Origin: Pseudomonadota bacterium
GTDB taxonomy: Bacteria > Desulfobacterota > Desulfobacteria > Desulfobacterales > JBDRRP01
Assembly: GCA_043825735.1 (NCBI GenBank)
Contig: JBDRRP010000040.1
Location: 1 to 64,000 of the forward strand
Reading direction: 5' to 3'
DNA length: 64,000 nt
Positions 9,323 through 23,708 of this stretch are shown piece after piece (position 1 is the first letter of the stretch; each line of letters starts with the position of its first letter). The position numbers and the translations under genes are program-made. Below the pieces are notes generated by a model. The model searched no databases, had not been told where the DNA came from, and worked only from the letters and a program-made list of their open reading frames with translations.

Positions 9323-10201
9323 ATGGATATGCCAGCACATTCCATTCAAGAATCGGTCGCCACCGATTTCGACAACGACGACCATTTCATCGACAACACC
9401 CGCGGCAAATACAAAGCCAAAGCCGATGCGGTTTGCCCGAGCAATAATCAATTCATCGAATTCGCAGGATACAAATGGTGGATCAACTACCATTGGTCAT
9501 TAAATCAAGGAACCTACGCGTGGGAACCTTTCCGCTCCAATTTCGATCCACATGTCATCAAAAGGACGCCCGACGGTGTCCAGCTAAATATCATCCCCGG
9601 CGATAAATCCCAGGACGACAGCCGCACCTCCGAGATCGTACTCTCTGAAGTATTGGGATACGGCACCTATCTCGTCACGGCGCGGGCCGACGGCGACAGC
9701 TTTCAGAAACTGGATCCCAATGCGGTTTTTGGCATATTCACCTATCAGTATTCGGAGGGACCTCCCGCGGACGGGATCAACCGGCACAGAGAGCTCGACG
9801 CCCTCGAGGTCATCTACCGGGGCAAACCGGGCGATGCCCAGTTCACGCTCCAGCCCTGGACTTACGATCTGAACATCAAACCCGGATATTTCTTCGATAT
9901 CCCGCCGGATGCCAAGTACTTGACGTCGACGATGAATTGGCAGGGGGACGGCAGCTTGGCCTACAGCCTGTACAACGGGGATTACAGCTACAACGACATC
10001 ATGAGCAACCCGACCATCAAACCATTCGCTATTTGGAAGCCGTCGGAAGATCCGGTTTTACGGAAGTACATCGCCAAACACACGCCGCTAAGTCGCGAGC
10101 GGTTTCACGTCAATCTCTGGCTGATGCACGGCAACCGACCGGCAGCACCGCAAACGGTCACCGTCACCCGGTTCCAGTTCATCCAGCCGGGCACGGATTG
10201 A
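9323..10201 (+). CDS. Hypothetical protein, probable GH16-like / concanavalin-A fold
   Basis: Strong RBS (GGAGAGGAG); LGYGTY, VFGIFTY and ELDALE (ExDxxE) motifs. Confidence 0.6.
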   Translation: MDMPAHSIQESVATDFDNDDHFIDNTRGKYKAKADAVCPSNNQFIEFAGYKWWINYHWSLNQGTYAWEPFRSNFDPHVIKRTPDGVQLNIIPGDKSQDDSRTSEIVLSEVLGYGTYLVTARADGDSFQKLDPNAVFGIFTYQYSEGPPADGINRHRELDALEVIYRGKPGDAQFTLQPWTYDLNIKPGYFFDIPPDAKYLTSTMNWQGDGSLAYSLYNGDYSYNDIMSNPTIKPFAIWKPSEDPVLRKYIAKHTPLSRERFHVNLWLMHGNRPAAPQTVTVTRFQFIQPGTD

Positions 10202-10273
10202 TCGTAAGGCAGGAGAAAACGGACAACCGATGGAATGGCTCCGGATGCATCGAATCCGTATTTGCCGTGGCGT

Positions 10274-10336
10274 TGGGGTCATCCTAAAAATATAAGTTTC
10301 ACATCATAAAGCTTAAATTTTTAAGGGATGTCCCCA
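10274..10336. repeat. GGGG(A/T)CATCC-type inverted-repeat element
   Basis: tggggtcatcctaaaaatataag ... cttaaatttttaagggatgtcccca; a further half copy lies at 10379-10397. Confidence 0.65.
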
Positions 10337-10747
10337 TATCTCCCCAACGGCGAATCCGCTGCATTTGGCTGGAGAGTTGGGGACACCCCTATAATTTCAA
10401 CGGAACTATTTACCAATTCAAGGTGACTATGATTTACTGGTTGTGCCGCAGCGCCGGCCAACCTTACTTTGGTAGATAGTACCGAATTTCAATTTCCTTG
10501 GTCACATCCGGAAATCATTACCGTTTGTTAGTGATCGCCTCGATAGAGACATTCAGCCCGGGGTCGAGCCAAGCTATCCGACTGTCATTCCGACAATAAT
10601 CTTGGAAATACCTCCCGCGCAATGGTCTTAAATACTTTCTTTAGCAGCGACATCATCTTGCAATAATCGGGGCATGCACGCCCGGTCTTAATGGCGGCGT
10701 GGCAGCGCCAATGCTCACTTACCTCAAAGCAGAAAATGGATAGAATC

Positions 10748-11938
10748 ATGAAAAAAATACTAATACACGTTTTTTTGTCACTCATCATGAGCGCTCAAGC
10801 CTACGCAGGCGAAATCAACGGGGAAATTCAATCAATCCTCACGCGGCACTATAACCAATATAAAGGAATTGAGTATTTTAGCGGGATCTCACTGGCTGTT
10901 TCCTCACCACTTGTTCCCACGTGGCGCTTTTATGTTGGCCAAACGTCCCATGATCAAAGCGGTAATCCCATAGGAGAAAGCACCCTTTTTTCGATTGGCA
11001 GCATTACGAAATCCTTTACGGCGGTGCTGATTTTACAACTGGAAGCGGAAAAAAAACTCAAGCTAAGCGATAGCGTCAGAGATCACCTGCCGGGATACCC
11101 AAAATGGGGGCACCTAACGATTGAGCAGTTACTCAATATGAGCAGCGGCCTGCCCAATTACACGGATTCCCCCACGATGAATTACGTTGCATCAAAAGAA
11201 TTAGAAAAGCAGTGGACTGCTGAGGAATTGTTGGGTATCGTGTACCCCCGCAATGAAACAAACCCGCCGCTGAAACCCGGCTATTTTTATACGAACACGG
11301 GTTATTTACTTTCAGCACTCATCATCGAAAAAATTACCGGAATGTCGTTTAAAGCCGCGCTGGAATCTCGATTATTGATTCCTCTGAAATTGAACAACAC
11401 CTTCTACCCTATTCCCAAATCAACCCAAAACGTACAAGAACGGCTTGCCGGCGGCTATGCGTACAATCAATATGAAAATCCAGAATTGGTAGGCCAGGAC
11501 ATCAGGAATAACAATCTGAGCTGGGCCAGGGCGGCGGGTGCCATTGTTTCCAATCCTGCAGATATCATCCAGTGGGTTGATGACGTATTCATCAAAGATG
11601 CACTGTTAACGAAAGAAGAAAAGCAAAAGATGCAGAAAATCATTTCCGTGAAAACCGGGTTGCCCATCAACCGCACCACGGCTGAGGACCCTAAAGGTTT
11701 CGGATTGGGCATCATTCAAAACTATAATAGTGATATCGGCCGCTTCTGGTATTATCAGGGCGAAACGCTCGGTTACCGCGCACTTTACATGTTCGTGCCA
11801 TGCAACCGGATTATTATTGCTACAGCCATCAACAGCGCAACCAACGGGGAAAACGATCACGCAGGTGAACTGCTGCAATCAGTATACAGTGCCATCCTGA
11901 ATCAATACCCTGATTATCGCTGCAAGGATCAATCATGA
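10748..11938 (+). CDS. Secreted serine hydrolase (class C beta-lactamase / DD-peptidase family)
   Basis: Signal peptide MKKILIH...AYA; SITK (SxxK), LLNMSSG and YTN (YxN) motifs; lower GC than the host genes. Confidence 0.85.
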   Translation: MKKILIHVFLSLIMSAQAYAGEINGEIQSILTRHYNQYKGIEYFSGISLAVSSPLVPTWRFYVGQTSHDQSGNPIGESTLFSIGSITKSFTAVLILQLEAEKKLKLSDSVRDHLPGYPKWGHLTIEQLLNMSSGLPNYTDSPTMNYVASKELEKQWTAEELLGIVYPRNETNPPLKPGYFYTNTGYLLSALIIEKITGMSFKAALESRLLIPLKLNNTFYPIPKSTQNVQERLAGGYAYNQYENPELVGQDIRNNNLSWARAAGAIVSNPADIIQWVDDVFIKDALLTKEEKQKMQKIISVKTGLPINRTTAEDPKGFGLGIIQNYNSDIGRFWYYQGETLGYRALYMFVPCNRIIIATAINSATNGENDHAGELLQSVYSAILNQYPDYRCKDQS

Positions 11939-11968
11939 TGGCCCCGTAAAAAGTAGGGATCTCTCGCA

Positions 11969-12475
11969 TCAGCTTTGTCCCCATTCCGTCCGGGTGATCA
12001 GCCATTGGTCGTTTTCGCGTATCAGCGAAAAAAACTGTTCCACCCGGCTGATGCCCTTGGTGAACAATACCGTTGCGGTTGCGGTGTCTCCATCGATCAG
12101 AACTTGCGGATTGTTCAGCGCGCCTGATTTGTAATAATCACCGTTGATGCATTCATGAACCATCGGGATGGCCGACGGATCACCCGACCGGATACCGGCC
12201 CAGAAGCCGGGGAGCTCATTTTTTAACCGCTCCTTTGAAACCATCAGCCCGCATTCAAAGGAAAACGCGCCGTTGTCATGCAGGCAAGACAGTAGCCTTT
12301 CGAGATCGAAGTGGTTTTTTGCGTCCTGGTATTGAATCAGCAGCGCAATGATTTCTTTTTCATCCGGTTTATCGGGATTGTAATTGCCGATTGAGACATC
12401 GCCGCAGGAAGATATGATCAAGACCAGCAGCATCAAGAATAAATACGACTCGCGTATGTACCTCTTTAGTCTCAT
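11969..12475 (-). CDS. NTF2/SnoaL-like putative lipoprotein
   Basis: Hydrophobic stretch ending ISSC (lipobox-like); IDGDTATATV...LIRENDQWLITR NTF2-type tail. Start uncertain. Confidence 0.6.
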   Translation of the reverse strand: MRLKRYIRESYLFLMLLVLIISSCGDVSIGNYNPDKPDEKEIIALLIQYQDAKNHFDLERLLSCLHDNGAFSFECGLMVSKERLKNELPGFWAGIRSGDPSAIPMVHECINGDYYKSGALNNPQVLIDGDTATATVLFTKGISRVEQFFSLIRENDQWLITRTEWGQS

Positions 12476-12607
12476 CGGTAAATTCTTGTAAGCTACGGGA
12501 TATGGGGACATCCATGAATAAACACCTGAATAGCATTACCTCTATCAGGAGCGTTGGGCAAAAGCTCAAATCTACAGTTAGCTATTTATTCATGGACGAC
12601 CCGCTTT
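12359..12607. repeat. 249-bp direct repeat, copy 2
   Basis: Matches 7569-7817; copies are offset by 4790 bp. Confidence 0.95.
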
Positions 12608-12623
12608 CCTTGTAATTAACTCA

Positions 12624-13370
12624 TCACCGCCGCATCAGCGCGAATACACCCCAGCCCAGGTATTCACGGGTGTAAGCGGCGTGACGCTCTGGTCCCGAGG
12701 TCAGTTGGGCTCGAACCTCTTTCGCTAACTCGTCGCCGGGATTGGCTTCAAGCCATCGGCGCATGGTGAGCCATTTGGCCGCCTCGTATCTGTCCCAACC
12801 GTCTTGGCCTGCCAAAACCATTTCCACAACGTCATAACCAAGGTGGCCGAAAGACGCGAGAAGTTTTGGAAGCATGAGAAAGTCGGAGATCGAGTTGGCA
12901 AGACACCCCTTGGCAACATCTTCCGTCGGAGGTAATTGCCGCCAGTAGGGCTCGCCGATAAGGGTGATCCCTCCGGCCCGGAGGCTCCGCGCCAGAAGCT
13001 CGATAGTTCCGGCGACTCCCCCGGCGATCCACGAGGCACCGACACAGGCTGCCACACTGACCTTCTCGTCAGAGACGAAGCCGGCAGCATCGCCATGGAT
13101 GAATTTGACTTGATCGGCGACGCCAAGTTCTACAGCACGGAGTTTCGCTTGCTCGGTGAACAACTGGCTCATGTCGATGCCTGTGCCGATGACGCCGTGA
13201 TCGCGTGCCCAGGTGCACAGCATTTCCCCCGAACCGCTGCCGAGGTCGAGCACTCGGGTCCCTGATTCCAGACGCAGCGCCGCGCCGAGAGTGGCGAGCT
13301 TTTCGGGTGTAAACGGGTTATGGATGCGGTGAGCACTTTCGGTGATGTTGAAGATCCGTGGAATATCCAT
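12624..13370 (-). CDS. YjhP-like class I SAM-dependent methyltransferase
   Basis: MDIPRIFNITESAHRIHNPFT...VLDLGSGSGEMLCTWARDHG...WDRYEAAKWLTMRRWL, recognisably like E. coli YjhP. True start is 13370, not 13658. Confidence 0.9.
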   Translation of the reverse strand: MDIPRIFNITESAHRIHNPFTPEKLATLGAALRLESGTRVLDLGSGSGEMLCTWARDHGVIGTGIDMSQLFTEQAKLRAVELGVADQVKFIHGDAAGFVSDEKVSVAACVGASWIAGGVAGTIELLARSLRAGGITLIGEPYWRQLPPTEDVAKGCLANSISDFLMLPKLLASFGHLGYDVVEMVLAGQDGWDRYEAAKWLTMRRWLEANPGDELAKEVRAQLTSGPERHAAYTREYLGWGVFALMRR

Positions 13371-13614
13371 TGCAGAAAATCTACTTTCGGGTTTGAATAG
13401 ATTCAGTCGCTGCCTTACGGATGAATTAAGGGGTAGGGCGCGGTTTATAGTAATTTGATTCATTTTATTTTTATCATAAGGTATTCGCCCGCCGAAGTTT
13501 TTGAGAAAAGCCGCGTGGTTACGCGGCGTATGGCGGTTGGTGGAAATTGATTGATCCCATAAAAATTGAGCAATTGCAATAATTTGTTGAATATATTGTT
13601 CAATTGTGGATGCT

Positions 13615-13646
13615 GACTTCGCCCGCTTGGTTGAGCGGGCGAAGTC
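13615..13646. terminator. Perfect 13-bp hairpin downstream of the intI remnant
   Basis: GACTTCGCCCGCT-tggttg-AGCGGGCGAAGTC; no clear U-tract. Confidence 0.45.
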
Positions 13647-13663
13647 CGAGGACACCAAGCAAT

Positions 13664-13807
13664 CTACAATTTGTCGGCCGGGCTCTGAATTCCATGGGCT
13701 CCTCTGGACAGAACATGGGTGTAGATCATCGTCGTGCTCACATCTTTGTGACCGAGCAATTCCTGGATGCTGCGGATATCATGACCGTCTTCAAGCAGGT
13801 GGGTCGC
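13664..13807 (-). pseudogene. intI: Integron integrase C-terminal remnant
   Basis: Manual translation: [47 protein letters not shown]. Similarity stops upstream of ATHLL. Confidence 0.85.
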
Positions 13808-14081
13808 AATGGCGCACGCGAAGCGCCGTGCGCATCTGGTCCAGAAGGCGTGGTTGTCTGGTGGCCATGCCGGGCGCAGGTATCGTTGTCTTCATCGCCG
13901 CTCCTCAAAGCAAAGTCTGTTATGGATGGGCACTACCTAACGCAGAGTCCGTGCCAACACTGAAAGCCTTTATTTTTGGGGATTTTCTGTCAGGTTCAGT
14001 TGGATGCATGCACAGTTTCCTGTGCATGGTGCACAATATTCAGGGCATGAAACTGGGGAGGGGGCGGCAGGCATCGGGACA

Positions 14082-14107
14082 GGGCAGGCACGGGGGCCTG
14101 CCCCTGC
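14082..14107 (-). repeat. GTAG-type REP (GCAG variant)
   Basis: GCAGGGGCAGGCCCCCGTGCCTGCCC hairpin. Confidence 0.6.
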
Positions 14108-14207
14108 GGGTTGGTGCAAGCTCAGCGATCGTTTACAAGGATGCACTGGAAAAAAAATCAGAACGGCTTGCTGTCGTAAGAAAAGATCCGGTTTATCCTT
14201 GTCAATT

Positions 14208-14546
14208 TCAACTGCCAATGATTTCGTTCAGGCCTTCGATGATCCGAGATATTTCTTCTTCGGATGCCTTTGAAATTTTTTTGCGGATGCGTTTTGTGGA
14301 AAGCGTTCTTATCTGACTGATTTTGACCCAGGACTGTTTGGGCAGCTTTGCGTCTTCAAGTTCGAGGGTCAGGGGAAATCCGGCCTGCTGGGGTTGACTC
14401 GTTATGGCAATGGCGATGACGGTTCCGGATCTTTCGTTAAAAACATTCTGGCTCAAAACAAGCACCGGGCGAAGTCCGCCCTGCTCGCTGCCGATCACCG
14501 GGTTCAAATCGGCCCAGTAGATGTCGCCCCTCAATATTCCGGCCAT
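14208..14546 (-). CDS. mazF: MazF/PemK-family endoribonuclease toxin
   Basis: [27 protein letters not shown]...[11 protein letters not shown]. Confidence 0.92.
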   Translation of the reverse strand: MAGILRGDIYWADLNPVIGSEQGGLRPVLVLSQNVFNERSGTVIAIAITSQPQQAGFPLTLELEDAKLPKQSWVKISQIRTLSTKRIRKKISKASEEEISRIIEGLNEIIGS

Positions 14547-14773
14547 TCTTCCATCTCTGCCGTAAACCCTTCATCAGCCATGCTTTGCTCAAAAGCCGGA
14601 TCCAGTTTTGCGCATTCCTGTGCCAGGCGGCTCTTTTCAAGGTGGGCCAGTTTTTCCGAAACGGCTTCCTGAATGATCTTGCTGCGGTTCGGAAAACATT
14701 TCGATTTCACGAGCATATCGAGCTGTTTTAAAACCTTGTCGTCGATTGTGATCGCTATTTTTGAAACAGCCAT
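14531..14773 (-). CDS. Ribbon-helix-helix (CopG/NdoAI-like) antitoxin
   Basis: KIAITIDD...[12 protein letters not shown], acidic tail, overlaps the toxin gene. Confidence 0.85.
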   Translation of the reverse strand: MAVSKIAITIDDKVLKQLDMLVKSKCFPNRSKIIQEAVSEKLAHLEKSRLAQECAKLDPAFEQSMADEGFTAEMEEWPEY

Positions 14774-14787
14774 GTCATTGCCTCCGA

Positions 14788-14806
14788 GTATGACAATATA
14801 TCATAC
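14788..14806. promoter_or_regulatory. Putative TA autorepression operator
   Basis: GTATGA-N7-TCATAC palindrome just upstream of the antitoxin RBS. Confidence 0.5.
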
Positions 14807-14829
14807 CCCAGTCGTTTCCAAGTCAATTC

Positions 14830-15010
14830 TGATGGCCCTGCAAAAAGTCCCAACACCCGTCACCCTGGCAAATGCCGGGTTTCAGAAGTGATTGAAATCC
14901 CCGGATTGTCTTGGAAACCGGAGGCTTCGTATCGAGCTCCAGACGAACAGCGCCGGAGCTCGCTTCGCTCGCCCGGAATGACGAAAAAGAAAAAAGGCCA
15001 ACTTTCTCTG
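14830..15010. repeat. CGTC-type palindromic / MITE-like element
   Basis: Similar along its length to 25890-26083 (caaaaagtc, cgtca..., ttggaaacc, cagcgccgga, cggaatgac). Confidence 0.7.
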
Positions 15011-15056
15011 TCCGCGTCCTATTTAGCCCTTGCAGTTGATTTTTGTTTTTGATTTT

Positions 15057-15167
15057 TCTGCCATCTGCCATCTGCCATCTGCCATCTGCCATCTGCCATC
15101 TGCCATCTGCCATCTGCCATCTGCCATCTGCCATCTGCCATCTGCCATCTGCCATCTGCCATCTGCC
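15057..15167. repeat. Perfect heptamer tandem repeat (TCTGCCA), about 16 copies
   Basis: 111 bp: 15 full units plus TCTGCC. Confidence 0.97.
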
Positions 15168-15245
15168 CTCCCGCGGGTTGACGGGCGGTTTTTCGGCGTG
15201 CTACAGCAAACCGCTGTTTTTACCCGATAACAGACAGGATCAGCG

Positions 15246-16190
15246 TTGTTGGAATGCACTGACCAGAGAACCTTTACCGGCTTCGGCCGCCTCCGCCTTT
15301 TCCTGGCGCTGTCACGGACCACTCACGGCCTTCTGGACATGGCCGCGCCCGCCTTTGCCGCGCTGTTGTGGCTGGGCCGGCTGCCGGATGCGGCGGTCAC
15401 CCTGGTGGGCCTGGTGACGACCTTTGCAGGCTACACGGCCGTTTACGCGCTCAACGACGTGGTGGGTTTTCGCAGCGACCGGCTGAAATTTTTGCAGGGC
15501 GGGTTCGGGGAGTCCGGCTGTGATATCGACGCCGTATTTATCCGCCATCCCATGGCCCAGGGGTATTTGAGCCTGACCGAGGGAACGCTGTGGGCGGCGA
15601 CCTGGGGCGTGGTGGCGCTGGCCGGCGCAATCTATCTCAATCCGGTGTGCATCCTCATTTTCCTGGCCGGATGCCTGCTGGAGGCGTTGTACTGCCTGCT
15701 GTGGCGGGTGAGCCCCTACCGGGCGCTGGTCAGTGGCGGGGTCAAAACGCTCGGGGCGGTAGCAGCGGTTTTTGCCGTGGACCCCCGGCCCGATCCCGTG
15801 TTTGTGGCGCTGCTGTTCGGGTGCTTGTTTGCCTGGGAAATCGGCGGACAGAACGTGCCCAACGACTGGGCCGATCTGGCCGAGGACCGCCGCTTCGGCG
15901 GCAAGACCATCCCGATCCGCTTCGGCCTTGTGGTGTCAAACAGCATTATCCTGTGGTCCAACGCTGTCGCTGTGGTCCTGTGCGGCGCGCTTTTCCGGTT
16001 TGCCGGCGGTAGCGGCGCGGCCCTCTGGGGCGCCATCGCAGTTACTGTGGCCGTGTGCCTGCTGATTGTTCCGGCTGTGCGCCTTACCGTAGGCCCCTCT
16101 GCCGAGCTGGCAATGAAGCTCTTCAACCGCGCCAGCTATTTTCCTCTGAGCCTGCTGTGCGTTGCGGTGTTGCGGGGCCTATTTTCCTGA
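15246..16190 (+). CDS. UbiA-family prenyltransferase
   Basis: Multi-TM protein with NDVVGFRSD and NDWADLAEDRRFGGKTIP aspartate-rich motifs. Confidence 0.88.
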   Translation: MLECTDQRTFTGFGRLRLFLALSRTTHGLLDMAAPAFAALLWLGRLPDAAVTLVGLVTTFAGYTAVYALNDVVGFRSDRLKFLQGGFGESGCDIDAVFIRHPMAQGYLSLTEGTLWAATWGVVALAGAIYLNPVCILIFLAGCLLEALYCLLWRVSPYRALVSGGVKTLGAVAAVFAVDPRPDPVFVALLFGCLFAWEIGGQNVPNDWADLAEDRRFGGKTIPIRFGLVVSNSIILWSNAVAVVLCGALFRFAGGSGAALWGAIAVTVAVCLLIVPAVRLTVGPSAELAMKLFNRASYFPLSLLCVAVLRGLFS

Positions 16191-16271
16191 TTGCCGGGCT
16201 GGTGCGCATCCTGGTTTTCTCAAACTCGGTTATACCGGAGGCTTCAGTTGTGCTCTTCGAAAAGGGGTATT

Positions 16272-16405
16272 GCACCACAGTCACGGAGGACACGGAGGAA
16301 CTCAAAAACAGTTGATGTTGATTACAAAATCTCCGTGTCCTCCGTGGCTCGTGGTGCAACATCACTGTGGGAAAGATCCACTGGCGCTTTCTGCATCAGC
16401 GTATT
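16272..16405. repeat. CACGGAG/CTCCGTG long-hairpin interspersed repeat
   Basis: cacggaggacacggag...ctccgtgtcctccgtg arms. Related copies at 21859, 30231, 56885, 58491, 58941, 63113 and 63920. Confidence 0.85.
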
Positions 16406-16484
16406 TTAAAATCGCGGTGATTTCGATCTGTTTCGCATCAACCGCGTCTTCACTTTCCGCCCATTTTGATTTATAGCCTTAAGC

Positions 16485-21809
<5,325 letters not shown>

Positions 21810-21858
21810 CCGCCGATAGGCCCCCGCAAGGTTGATGAAGCCGTAGAAAACCAATTTT

Positions 21859-21950
21859 GAACCACGGAGTCACAGAGGGCACGGAGAAAGCCAAAAGCAG
21901 TTGATGTTGATTACAAAATCTTCGTGTCCTTCGTGAACTTCGTGGTGATC
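21859..21950. repeat. CACGGAG/CTCCGTG long-hairpin repeat
   Basis: Shares the loop cagttgatgttgattacaaaatc with the copy at 16272. Confidence 0.85.
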
Positions 21951-21986
21951 AAAAATATCCGCGGGCGCAGCGTTTCCGGCAATGCA

Positions 21987-22802
21987 TCATAGCGGTTTTC
22001 GTCCGGTGTGGATGACGGCGATGCCGTTGGTCAAGCGCCGGTAGGCAACGTCGGTGAAGCCGACGTCGGTCAACAGCGCGGCCAGTTCATCGGGCAGCGA
22101 GAACAGGCGGATGGTTTCCGGCAGGCAGACATACCCCTCCCGGTTGCCCACCAGGATCTGCCCCATGAGCGGCATGACATGGAAGGAATGAAAATCGTAG
22201 AGCCGGCGAAAAACCGGATTGACCGGTTTTGAAAACTCCAGGCACATGAATCGTCCGCCCGGTTTCAGCACCCGGTGCATTTCAGAGAAAGCCCGCCGCA
22301 GTCGGGTCACGTTCCGGATGCCGAACCCCACCATGGCGCCGTCGCAGATGTCATCCGGCAGACTGATGGCTTCGGCGTTTCCCTGGACGTAGTGGATGCG
22401 TTTTCTTGCGGCGCGGTGGCTGTTGCTCGCGCGCCCAGCCTGAATCATCTCCCGGTTGATGTCAAATAGCACCACCTTTCCGGCGGGGCCTGTCTTTTCA
22501 TCGGCCAGAATGGACAGATCGCCGGTGCCGCCGCACACATCCAGCACCACATCGCCCGGCCGCAGGTGCAGCCGGTTGATGGCCATGCGCTTCCACAGGT
22601 GGTGGATCCCCAGGCTGCACAGCGTGTTCATGAAGTCGTAGTACGGCGCCACCGTGTCGAAGTGCCGCCGCACCCAGGATTCCTTCTCCGAGGCCGACAC
22701 TTCCTTGAAGCCGAACGTCGCTTTGCCGGTGCGCTCGATATAATCGTCCAACTGCTGGCGGCGGATGCCGCGCTCGAACCATTTGGGTTGGTCGAATGAC
22801 AT
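21987..22802 (-). CDS. ubiE: UbiE/MenG quinone C-methyltransferase
   Basis: FDTVAPYYDFMN...SLGIHHLWKR, VLDVCGGTGD, GFGIRNV, RVLKPGGR...LEFS. Confidence 0.92.
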   Translation of the reverse strand: MSFDQPKWFERGIRRQQLDDYIERTGKATFGFKEVSASEKESWVRRHFDTVAPYYDFMNTLCSLGIHHLWKRMAINRLHLRPGDVVLDVCGGTGDLSILADEKTGPAGKVVLFDINREMIQAGRASNSHRAARKRIHYVQGNAEAISLPDDICDGAMVGFGIRNVTRLRRAFSEMHRVLKPGGRFMCLEFSKPVNPVFRRLYDFHSFHVMPLMGQILVGNREGYVCLPETIRLFSLPDELAALLTDVGFTDVAYRRLTNGIAVIHTGRKPL

Positions 22803-22820
22803 GGTGGAGTCCGTATCCTT

Positions 22821-23594
22821 TCAGCCGTTTTCCGTTGTTCTGGCAGCGGCAACCGGTCGCAGGGTGGCTGTGGGCGCCGGTGCCGGGGCCAAGGTCAGGT
22901 GCATCATGTAGTTGACGGACGTGGACCGGCACAGGCCGGCATGATTGAGATAGGGCAGGTAGCGCAGGCCGGTGACTGCGTTCGTACGAAGGCCAGCCGA
23001 TGCCCCCCAGGCGGCGATGTCGGCCGGCCTCACGAACTGTCGCCAGGAGTGCGTTCCTCGGGTGACGATCCCGAGCACCCATTCGGCCATGACGATTGCC
23101 AGCAGCCAGGAGCGCAGGGTCCGGTTCAGGGTCGCGATCACCAGGTGCCCCCCCGGTTTTAAAAGCCGGGCGCAACCGCCGATGACCGATGCGGGTGACG
23201 GCACGTGCTCCAGCAGTTCCATGCACGTGACGGCGTCGTAGCCGCCGGCCGGGGCGTCTTCAAATGCTTCCACCGTGCTTCGGTGATAGGTCACCGGCAG
23301 ACCGTTATTCCGGCCGTGGCGGCGCGCCACCGACAGCGCCGCCTCACCCATGTCGATGCCGGTGACACGGGCGCCGCGAGCGGCCATGGCCTCGGCCAGC
23401 ACCCCGCCGCCGCAACCGACGTCCAGGACCATTTTGCCTGAAAGGCCGGCCACACTGGTGTCGATGAACCGGACCCGCAGCGGATTGATGCAGTGAAGCG
23501 CGGCGTAGCCGCCTTCAAGATCCCACCATTTGGAGGCCGCCGCCTCAAATCGCCGCAGTTCATCCGGATTGATGTTGTCGTTTATATCGCTCAT
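22821..23594 (-). CDS. ubiG: UbiG-type quinone O-methyltransferase
   Basis: NINPDELRRFEAAASKWWDLEG...LHCINPLR, LDVGCGGG.LAE, CMELLEHVP, AEWVLGIV.RGTH. Confidence 0.88.
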   Translation of the reverse strand: MSDINDNINPDELRRFEAAASKWWDLEGGYAALHCINPLRVRFIDTSVAGLSGKMVLDVGCGGGVLAEAMAARGARVTGIDMGEAALSVARRHGRNNGLPVTYHRSTVEAFEDAPAGGYDAVTCMELLEHVPSPASVIGGCARLLKPGGHLVIATLNRTLRSWLLAIVMAEWVLGIVTRGTHSWRQFVRPADIAAWGASAGLRTNAVTGLRYLPYLNHAGLCRSTSVNYMMHLTLAPAPAPTATLRPVAAARTTENG

Positions 23595-23708
23595 CGTTTT
23601 TCCGATTTTGGGCCCTTGAATTGGATCCCCGTTCACCTATGACGGCTGAGGCGAAAAATCAAGGCGCGGCCTGCATGATTGCAGACCGATTTAGGAAGGA
23701 ACTATAGG

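Noticed and set aside
10342..10382. CCCCAAC...GTTGGGG as another attC
   Set aside because: Only ~41 bp with no L boxes; better explained by the adjacent GGGGACA-type repeat ends.
13371..13658. 96-aa N-terminal extension of the methyltransferase in the ORF track
   Set aside because: Family similarity starts at MDIPRIF (13370); the extension is AT-rich spacer and hairpin sequence.
15057..15167. Possible CRISPR array
   Set aside because: The 7-bp units have no spacers, and no cas genes are in the window. The dispersed hairpin repeats are not regularly spaced either.
14823..15417. ORFs encoding (MADGRWQ)n or (SAICHLP)n peptides
   Set aside because: These are translations of the heptamer tract, which has no stop in any frame; there is no other coding evidence.
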